In this document: one piece after another, positions 1-6,649 of the stretch
Position numbering within the stretch: position 1 is the stretch's first letter
How the letters are laid out: each line of letters opens with the position of its first letter
Source: Methanobacteriota archaeon
GTDB taxonomy: Archaea; Thermoplasmatota; Poseidoniia; Poseidoniales; Thalassarchaeaceae
DNA: 32,000 nt
Direction: 5' to 3'
Assembly (NCBI GenBank): GCA_002723045.1
Contig: PBNI01000030.1
Coordinates: forward strand, 1 to 32,000
Made by a program: the position numbers and the translations under genes
Notes under the pieces: model-generated
Databases searched by the model: none
What the model was told of the DNA's origin: nothing
The model's input: the letters and a program-made list of their open reading frames with translations, nothing else

Positions 1-93
1 CCCTTGTTGTCCCGATAGTTCCGTCCTCCTTGGCCCCCCGGGCCCCTGCCGCGGTTGCCGCCGCCCTTGTTGTCCCGATAGTTCCGTCCGCCT
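1..93 (-). repeat. Direct coding repeat encoding the GGRNYRDNKG units of the Gar1 tail
   Basis: cccttgttgtcccgatagttccgtcc occurs at 1-26 and again at 65-90 (26/26 identical, period 64 nt). Confidence 0.9.
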
Positions 94-398
94 CTGCTGC
101 CTCCTCTTTCACGGAAACTCCCACCAGAATGCCTTCCCCTGGGACGTCTCTGACTAGGCTGCTCTCTCGGCGCGATCTCGACTGGTGACCCCACTGATGC
201 CCTGGCATCTATCCCATCATACAAGGGGTGAACGTGAATCAATGCCGATCCGACAGGACCAATCACCGTATCGACCCTCCCAATGATCTTCCCTCCAGAG
301 ATTCTAATCCGAGCTCCCAGTCGAGGGGGCCTCCCTTGGAAATCAACAAGCAGACCCCCCAGATGGGACTCACGATCCACTCTACCTGAGAAACTCAT
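1..398 (-). CDS. gar1: H/ACA RNP protein Gar1 homologue with a Gly/Arg-rich C-terminal tail (3' end cut by the window edge)
   Basis: Absent from the ORF track because it runs off the edge. My translation from ATG 398..396 reads MSFSGRVDRESHLGGLLVDFQGRPPRLGARIRISGGKIIGRVDTVIGPVGSALIHVHP..., which fits the archaeal Gar1 core pattern (G-x-V-x-D-v-x-G-P-v). It continues as ...RGGSRGGRNYRDNKGGGNRGRGPGGQGGRNYRDNKG. The ATG lies 1 nt after the TGA (402..400) of the upstream gene. Confidence 0.6.
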   Translation of the reverse strand, partial: MSFSGRVDRESHLGGLLVDFQGRPPRLGARIRISGGKIIGRVDTVIGPVGSALIHVHPLYDGIDARASVGSPVEIAPREQPSQRRPRGRHSGGSFRERGGSRGGRNYRDNKGGGNRGRGPGGQGGRNYRDNK

Positions 399-399
399 T

Positions 400-2451
400 T
401 CACAACCCCCTTCTTCTGAAGAGCACTGCCAAGGAAATTGCTACTACCAGAGAGGGCACTCCCAAAGACGGCAGTGCTCCATCGACCTCATCGGCGTCAT
501 CAGGTATTTCTGGATCTACTAGTTCTTCCATCAGTAAAGCAACATCTACGGTCGTGCTAGATGAAGTGCACTTGCCGGACTGGTCACAACCTGTGACATC
601 CACATTGATGACTCCAGAGGAAAACTCACTCATATCAATCCATTCGCTCTCCCAAGTATTGCCGGAGACCATAATCTGACCAATCTCCTGTCCATCAACC
701 TCAATCGTGAAAGTCACTGGCTCGCCATCCGGATCGCTATATTGCCCACCGACTCTCCACATAGTCCCATCAAACTCTCCCATTCCACTAATGGTCATAG
801 AGGGGGCTGTGCTTTCCTTCACGATACCAATGTCGATGATATGTTGCAGAGAGAATTGGCCAACCGACACCTCCATCCAGACATTGACTGGACCGGGAAC
901 GATGCCCTGTGGACTCAGGCTCACGACCTGCTGCGGGGAATCTCCTTTTTCGAATTCCTGAATCTCACTTGGTTGTCCACCTTGACTCAGTGCTAGACGC
1001 ACAGTCACGTCTCCACCCCATGAATCTGAAAATGAGATCTTCAGGGGGTGCTGGTCTTGGAGAATTACTTCGGGCGTCGAAATTGAAACAGGGACTCCCA
1101 CGTTCCATGTTCGATTCCCACTGGACTTGCCAGAAGCATCCTTTGCTTCGCATGAAACCTCTGTTACCCCATCCACATTGATCCACATTGACCCATCGAT
1201 GCTCTGTGAAATCTCATTTCCAGCCGAATTGCAGACGACATCTAGGTTGGAAACACCAGACTCATCATCGAACCAAGATGCAATCCCTTCCCAAGATGCT
1301 AACTTGTTCGCTCCTTCCCCGACAACTGGAATCCAAGTCCCATTAACTGGTGCTAGTTGGGTCCAAGTTGGAGCCTCATCAGTCGGAATTGGCGATGTAG
1401 TGAAGTCCGCGAAGACATCCTCTCCAAGAGGCCACTTCTCTCTTGAGAAGTTTGAGTCTAGGGAATAAGTCAGGCTGCCATCGTCATTTGCCAGCAACTC
1501 ATAGCTCGCAGTCCCATCTCCTATGCAACTTCCTCTTATCGGCGCTGTGTCGGTTCCAGGATTCTCCCCATCGAGACCTACGAACCTCCCTTCGCATTCC
1601 TCCCACATGTCCATCCTCAGGTCAGGCATCACTGGGAAAGTGAAGTCCAACCTAGCATTACTCATGTTCGATGAATTGAATGCGATGGTGAAGTCATTGG
1701 GGTCCGTAACACCATCAATCACCATCGTCGCGTTTAGCCAGAGCTCAATCCTGCACTCATCAGCTCCCAAGGACTCGTTGACATCAATGTCACAATCCCT
1801 CTCAGAAGACGGAATTACTGGTATTTCTATACATCCATCTTGGCTGAAACCCTGGCAGTCCCTTGATTGTGAGTGCCTCGTGGGCACTCCGTTGAAATGC
1901 CCGATGTTGGTCTGGTCGTCCTCCCACGTGGTGTTCATCCAACTAACTCCTTCCCCCCCTCTATGAGGGGAGCCATCTCGAATCCCTATTCTAGTGATGC
2001 TATACTCCAGACAATCTGCAGCAATGGAGACCATCGCGTCTATCTCATCAGTGGAGAGCCAACCATCCCCGCCAGAGGGAACAATACCTTCCAGGAAGGC
2101 ATCTAGGTCCTCCCTGATGTCATCAGCCAGTGTCCAGTTTATCCAGGCCCTAGCATCTACCTGGGCAGATTTCCAGTCGTCATTGACACGAACCTCGAAG
2201 ATTGCTTGGTTGTAGATGAAAATATCCTCGAATGTAATGGATCCGCATTGCTCTTCTAGGGAACCGCCACTCCCAAACTGCTCCATTTTTGTTTGTTCTT
2301 TCCTCAACTCTTCCGTCGGTAGATGGAACGTCGAAAATATCAGTATTACGATGACGCAAACTGACCCTAACCCCATCATCCGCATTCCAGTCACTATTGC
2401 CTTCCGGAGACCATAGGACATCATAGTTGCCATGATTGGGAACACAATCAT
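400..2451 (-). CDS. Cell-surface protein of unknown family, with an N-terminal hydrophobic segment and a C-terminal LPSLG-helix-RRR anchor
   Basis: 683-aa ORF with an ATGA start/stop overlap with the upstream gene at 2448-2451. N-terminal segment GLGSVCVIVILIFSTF; acidic body rich in Cys and N-x-S/T; C-terminus GALPSLGVPSLVVAISLAVLFRRRGL. I recognise no domain. Confidence 0.75.
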   Translation of the reverse strand: MIVFPIMATMMSYGLRKAIVTGMRMMGLGSVCVIVILIFSTFHLPTEELRKEQTKMEQFGSGGSLEEQCGSITFEDIFIYNQAIFEVRVNDDWKSAQVDARAWINWTLADDIREDLDAFLEGIVPSGGDGWLSTDEIDAMVSIAADCLEYSITRIGIRDGSPHRGGEGVSWMNTTWEDDQTNIGHFNGVPTRHSQSRDCQGFSQDGCIEIPVIPSSERDCDIDVNESLGADECRIELWLNATMVIDGVTDPNDFTIAFNSSNMSNARLDFTFPVMPDLRMDMWEECEGRFVGLDGENPGTDTAPIRGSCIGDGTASYELLANDDGSLTYSLDSNFSREKWPLGEDVFADFTTSPIPTDEAPTWTQLAPVNGTWIPVVGEGANKLASWEGIASWFDDESGVSNLDVVCNSAGNEISQSIDGSMWINVDGVTEVSCEAKDASGKSSGNRTWNVGVPVSISTPEVILQDQHPLKISFSDSWGGDVTVRLALSQGGQPSEIQEFEKGDSPQQVVSLSPQGIVPGPVNVWMEVSVGQFSLQHIIDIGIVKESTAPSMTISGMGEFDGTMWRVGGQYSDPDGEPVTFTIEVDGQEIGQIMVSGNTWESEWIDMSEFSSGVINVDVTGCDQSGKCTSSSTTVDVALLMEELVDPEIPDDADEVDGALPSLGVPSLVVAISLAVLFRRRGL

Positions 2452-3629
2452 CCGATATGGACAATTTCCCCAGTCCAGTGGAATGCTAGAAGATCTCCAT
2501 CAAGACCCTCGCCAAAGCCAACAATCATGCCTCCGCTGGAACCAATGTAACTTTCATTCCACGAGCCGTCCACTTCTTTCAATATCCACATTGAGCCGCT
2601 GCAGAAATCCCCGTAGAGGTATCCCCCATGTAGGTCGGTAGGCCCCCAATCCATCCAGAATCCACCAGTAATTGAGCAGTTCCCACCCGAATGAGAATAG
2701 GTAGCAATAGGACCAGCGAATGCATCTCGCATGCTCTCGTTAGCCTCACTACCGCCGCACGGAGTACTACTATCCAAGAGATAATCTCCCTCCATCTCAG
2801 CCCAACCTAAGTTTGCTGGATTCTCGAGAGAAACCAGATTGACTTCCTCCCAACAATCCTGACCAACGTCCGAGATCCAGAGCCTGCCATGACTGTCCAG
2901 ATCGAACCTCCAGGGATTCCGCAATCCGTGATGAAGTACGTATGGATCTCCAACAGGGTCGTCCAGAACGGGACTCACCTCGCCATCCAGATAGCTGAAT
3001 TGTAGGATCGTCCCGAGTTCAGTGGATGGGTTCTGACCGTTTTCTTCAGGATCATAGGCGTTTCCGCCATCGCCTACCCCCCATAGGAACTGGCTTCCTC
3101 CAATGTTCAGCAAATGCCCGCCGTTGTGGTTCCTGTATGGCTGCTCGATAGATTTGAGAACTTTGATGCTAGAAACGTCTAGTTCGCCTGAGGGGCTAAT
3201 TCCAGCGGAGGAAAGGACCAGATCTGACTCGTTCGGGCCATCACAAGGTCCATCCTCGACATAAGACAGCAAAATCGTCCTATTATCGCCAAAGCCATCT
3301 GCAAAGGCCATTCCTAGAAGACCCTGCTCAACATGGCACGTGCTGACCATCGAACTCAGATCGGCTATCTCCGATATCTCTGCCCCGTCCCAAGAGTGAA
3401 TTAGTCCAGATAACTCAACTATCCATATCTCGTCATTTGTCGGATGCTTCAGGGAGGAAATAGGGCTGGAGAATCCATCCAAGTACTTGTAACAGGACAA
3501 ATTGTAACTCTCTTGGATGGAGCAATCCCAACTCTCAGGTTCGGGCCAAACGAACCCGTCTTCTTCACCAAGGCATCCAGCAAATGAGGAAGTCACAACT
3601 AGCAGCGAGATAATTGCCCAACTTCTCAT
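2448..3629 (-). CDS. PQQ-dependent (soluble glucose/sorbosone) sugar dehydrogenase-like beta-propeller lipoprotein
   Basis: 393 aa. Signal plus lipobox-like LLVVTSSFAGC. Motifs YRNHNGGHLL, HGLRNPWRFDLD and LWISDVGQDCWEEVN are typical of the GSDH/YliI family. Confidence 0.8.
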   Translation of the reverse strand: MRSWAIISLLVVTSSFAGCLGEEDGFVWPEPESWDCSIQESYNLSCYKYLDGFSSPISSLKHPTNDEIWIVELSGLIHSWDGAEISEIADLSSMVSTCHVEQGLLGMAFADGFGDNRTILLSYVEDGPCDGPNESDLVLSSAGISPSGELDVSSIKVLKSIEQPYRNHNGGHLLNIGGSQFLWGVGDGGNAYDPEENGQNPSTELGTILQFSYLDGEVSPVLDDPVGDPYVLHHGLRNPWRFDLDSHGRLWISDVGQDCWEEVNLVSLENPANLGWAEMEGDYLLDSSTPCGGSEANESMRDAFAGPIATYSHSGGNCSITGGFWMDWGPTDLHGGYLYGDFCSGSMWILKEVDGSWNESYIGSSGGMIVGFGEGLDGDLLAFHWTGEIVHIG

Positions 3630-3638
3630 CCCTAGTCC

Positions 3639-4715
3639 CTACTTCTCTAGGTAGGCGCGGATGCCGGGGACATTTGAAACTGCGTCTGAGTAGGTGCCAA
3701 GATGTTCCTCTGCCGTGCTTGCAACCATTCCAGCCGTGTTAAGAACGTCATTCAGGATCTCCCGCCCCTCGCTATCATCGTCAAGAGCCAATAGCGCGTC
3801 TTGAATCCGGAGCATCGTCTCATCATCCATCCTCGCTGGGTCATACATTACTGGATGGCTGGGTGCCTGACCGAAAGAGGGGAGCATGACAATCTCATCC
3901 CTGTCTAGGCACCAGTCGGGACCATCGGGTACGTCATCCTCGTTCTCATCGCAATACAGTCGGTATGCCGTGTCCTTAACCAGGGCAATATCTCCATGAC
4001 CAGTCATCATGCACTTCAGTGCCCCTTTGTATCCAGAGTACTGAGTCCCTCCCTCTGGAATTTCCGAATCCTTATGGAAGAAGCTCGTTACTGTAGCTCT
4101 GAGGGATTCGATTTCCTCGGGATCGCCTTGAACTTCAGCATATCCATTCCCAATCAGATAACCCATTGGTATCAGCATGCCAGCGCTCTTCAGCCAACCC
4201 GTGTGGCACGACTTCTTGCCCTCCATGAGAGCGAATGGGTCGGTGTCAGGATCATCATCAAGGTATGCGGCTGCGATGTCTGAGTCGGCCCTTACCCATG
4301 CTGCAGCGTTGTAGTAGACCCTGCCATCCGGCTTCTTCTCGACGGCGACTACGTCCAAGTCGTACACCTGGTAACCCAACCATCCGGCAGCCCCATCGAC
4401 CATCGCGATCTCTGCATTGCCATTTGCAACCGCCTCTATCGCAGCCACTTCATCAGCTACTGGGTACACTACCACTTTCTCCCCAGTCAACTCGCTGAGC
4501 TTGTCAGCCATCTCTTGTGGATTTGCATCCCAGAATAGGTATGTGTCCTTCACTTCGTAAGCAATCCTGATACAGTCCTCATCATCACCGCACTCGTCGT
4601 AATCCACTGTGAATAATGCCCATAGAACGGCAGATGATAATAGCAGCCCAACAACCGCAATCGGAATACTCCTTCCCTGTAATGCCTCTCTAACTCTGTC
4701 AATCGCTGAACTCAT
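3639..4715 (-). CDS. Transferrin-like / PhnD-superfamily substrate-binding protein with an N-terminal membrane anchor (candidate Fe(III) binding protein)
   Basis: 358 aa. TM segment [19 protein letters not shown]. Motifs [68 protein letters not shown] and AMVDGAAG. Divergent to the phnC/phnE-like genes. Confidence 0.85.
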   Translation of the reverse strand: [358 protein letters not shown]

Positions 4716-4746
4716 ATTTAGACCCGAAACGCATTTTGTCCTTAAA

Positions 4747-4762
4747 TTTAGGGTTACCTAAA
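4747..4762. promoter_or_regulatory. Palindromic operator candidate TTTAGG-GTTA-CCTAAA (DtxR/IdeR iron-box-like)
   Basis: 6-4-6 inverted repeat centred in the 77-bp divergent intergenic region. It is flanked by A/T-rich TATA-like stretches (TTAAATTT on the left, AAATAT on the right), each about 27-35 nt from the respective ATG. The 17-mer ATTTAGGGTTACCTAAA (4746-4762) recurs exactly at 10382-10398. Confidence 0.6.
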
Positions 4763-4792
4763 TATCAAAAGTCAAATCAGACCCGAAAGACC

Positions 4793-5464
4793 ATGCCAGC
4801 GGTAGTTAGGATTAGCCATCTGGAAGTTGGCTTCCAAGGTCATAGCCTGCTTTCCATAGATGATTTTCATGTCAATCCAGGTGAAGTTCTCGCAATTACC
4901 GGCCCCTCGGGAATTGGAAAAACATCCCTCTTGAAAACTATAGCCGGTCTTCTGAATCCAATATCTGGAACAGTTCATGTTTGTGGAGCGACAATACCCC
5001 AGAGGCCAGAAAGAGGATCTATAGGATACATCCCACAGAAGCTAGGTCTGGTCAGGCACTCTAGTGTCTGGTCCAATGTCATGCTGGGTTCGAGAGCAGG
5101 AAATCCTAGATCAACATCCAGGGAGCATGCGATGAACGCTATCGAAGCCATGGGCCTGGGGGAGAAGAAGAACGAGCCGATTAAACGACTCTCAGGCGGC
5201 CAACAGAGGAGAGTAGCTACAGCCAGGACTCTGGCCCAACGTCCAAGACTTATTTTGGCTGATGAGTTCCTAAGCGAGTTGGACGAAGAAACATCAGAAA
5301 GGGTGGTAAAATCGGTACTGGACTATGTACGATCAAACGAAGCTGCCATGATTCTAGTCGAGCACGACGTCTCTCGAGCAAGGGAGATTTCTGATAGGCT
5401 TCTGGTTATAGATGATGGAAGGCTCAACCCGTTCATCACAGATACTTCGGTCATGGAGGTGTAG
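4793..5464 (+). CDS. ABC transporter ATP-binding protein, PhnC-like
   Basis: Walker A GPSGIGKTS, signature LSGGQQRR, Walker B LILADE, H-loop VEHD. I prefer ATG 4793 (MPAVVRISHLEV) over the TTG at 4736, because the extension would cover the operator and promoter. Confidence 0.85.
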   Translation: MPAVVRISHLEVGFQGHSLLSIDDFHVNPGEVLAITGPSGIGKTSLLKTIAGLLNPISGTVHVCGATIPQRPERGSIGYIPQKLGLVRHSSVWSNVMLGSRAGNPRSTSREHAMNAIEAMGLGEKKNEPIKRLSGGQQRRVATARTLAQRPRLILADEFLSELDEETSERVVKSVLDYVRSNEAAMILVEHDVSRAREISDRLLVIDDGRLNPFITDTSVMEV

Positions 5465-5488
5465 TTTTGGCAAAAATTTTGGCAAAAA
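5465..5488 (+). repeat. Perfect 12-nt tandem duplication TTTTGGCAAAAA x2 at the phnC stop / phnE start junction
   Basis: Read directly from the sequence. It encodes MAKI-LAKI and supplies two in-frame TTG codons (5467, 5479). Confidence 0.9.
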
Positions 5489-6327
5489 TTGACTCAGAAC
5501 TAAGGGAGTTGATAGTTTCCGTCGCAGTCCTACTATTAACATTCAGGATTCTACTGGAACTGACCTCCGGAATAGTCTGGGATTGGAATGGGTGGAGTGT
5601 AATTGAACCCCAATCTTACCCTCCTTGTGAAGCAAACAGGTTTCTACAGTTCACATGTTCAACAGCATGGATCGGAATGATTGAAACAATAAAGATTGCA
5701 ATACTCGCAACCTTCTTCGGTATGATCCTGTCATTGCCCATGGGCCTCCTTAGCTCAAGAAACCTGTTCCCGCAATACATCACCTATCCTTCCCGGGCTG
5801 TAGTCTCAGCATGTCGGAGCCTACCAAGTCTGATTTGGGCCATTATCTTCGTCATCTTGGTGGGACTAGGCCCCACAGCAGGAATAATGGCAATGACCAT
5901 TTACACAGTAGGCTATCTCGGAAAGATGCAGTACGAGGCAATTGAGGGGATGAATAGCGCGCCACTTGAGGCGGCGAACGCCATGGGCCTGACCAAAGCG
6001 GAGTTATCACTGTGGGTGGTTATCCCAGAAATGGCAAATCACCTAATTGCCCAGATGATTTTCATGTTCGAATACAACGTCAGATCTGGGACTGTAATAG
6101 GGATAGTCGGAGCAGGTGGAATTGGATATTACATCAACCTCTATCTGAAGTTCCTCCAATATGAAAAGGTTGGAGCTTATCTTCTGATAATCTTCTTGGT
6201 TGTGATGCTGATCGATTTGGTCTCCATCTATCTTCGCTCATTCTTCACCGACGAGTCCGAAAACAGCAAGCCCACTTGGACAGGAGTATTCTTGCCTCAG
6301 TACGAGAAAACTATCCTATCCGAATGA
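5467..6327 (+). CDS. ABC transporter permease, PhnE-like
   Basis: 286 aa, multi-TM. EAANAMGLTKAELSLWVVIPEMANHLIAQMIFMFEYNVRSGTVIGIVGAGGIGY matches the PhnE-type EAA loop and the NVR..GAGGIG signature. TTG start 3 nt after the phnC stop. Confidence 0.85.
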   Translation: MAKILAKIDSELRELIVSVAVLLLTFRILLELTSGIVWDWNGWSVIEPQSYPPCEANRFLQFTCSTAWIGMIETIKIAILATFFGMILSLPMGLLSSRNLFPQYITYPSRAVVSACRSLPSLIWAIIFVILVGLGPTAGIMAMTIYTVGYLGKMQYEAIEGMNSAPLEAANAMGLTKAELSLWVVIPEMANHLIAQMIFMFEYNVRSGTVIGIVGAGGIGYYINLYLKFLQYEKVGAYLLIIFLVVMLIDLVSIYLRSFFTDESENSKPTWTGVFLPQYEKTILSE

Positions 6328-6330
6328 GAA

Positions 6331-6558
6331 CTAGTAGTCTGCGACGATTCTGATGGCTCCACCGTCATAGAAGATCTGAATGTGATCCTTGGCCTTCGAG
6401 GAGAGGGCTGCCAGTGCCTCGTAGACTTCCTTCTCCTTGACGTTGAAAGCTTCCGCGGCCCTCTTCGTAGACCACGCAACTTCAACAAAGTCCGACGCGG
6501 AAATCCACTTCAGTAGCCTGGCCTCGAAGTCTGTAAGTTCACCCAGTGCCATAGTCAC
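6331..6558 (-). CDS. Small (75 aa) possible winged-helix DNA-binding protein
   Basis: ORF only. The helix-turn-helix-like stretch TKRAAEAFNVKEKEVYEALAALS is followed by a beta-hairpin-like IQIFYDGGAIRIV. I recognise no family. Confidence 0.45.
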   Translation of the reverse strand: MTMALGELTDFEARLLKWISASDFVEVAWSTKRAAEAFNVKEKEVYEALAALSSKAKDHIQIFYDGGAIRIVADY

Positions 6559-6649
6559 GGCACGGGGAGGGGGGAAATCAAGACTACCCCTATTCTAGGT
6601 AAACCACTCCGTAAATAGTCCAGCGAGAGGGTAAATCACAGAAATTTAT

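Noticed and set aside
283-522. 79-aa + strand ORF
   Set aside because: It overlaps the Gar1 core on the opposite strand and the 3' end of the 683-aa gene, and it has no recognisable features.
5465-5488. The 12-nt tandem duplication TTTTGGCAAAAA as a regulatory element
   Set aside because: It is more simply explained as a slippage duplication inside the first codons of phnE (MAKI-LAKI). I have no evidence for function beyond the supply of alternative TTG starts.
3639-6327. Plain phosphonate or phosphite (PhnCDE/PtxABC) transporter interpretation
   Set aside because: This is not fully excluded, since the ATPase and permease are PhnC/PhnE-like. The binding protein, however, lacks the S-T-S-G type phosphonate-binding motif I recall from PhnD and instead has SCHTG...SAG plus the transferrin Asp/Tyr/Tyr/His set. 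I therefore rank iron above phosphonate.
6586-6606. CTAGGTAAACC upstream of the two-lobe transferrin-like gene, resembling one arm (TAGGTAACC) of the iron-box palindrome
   Set aside because: Only a degenerate half-site is present, with no matching inverted arm, so I cannot call it an operator.
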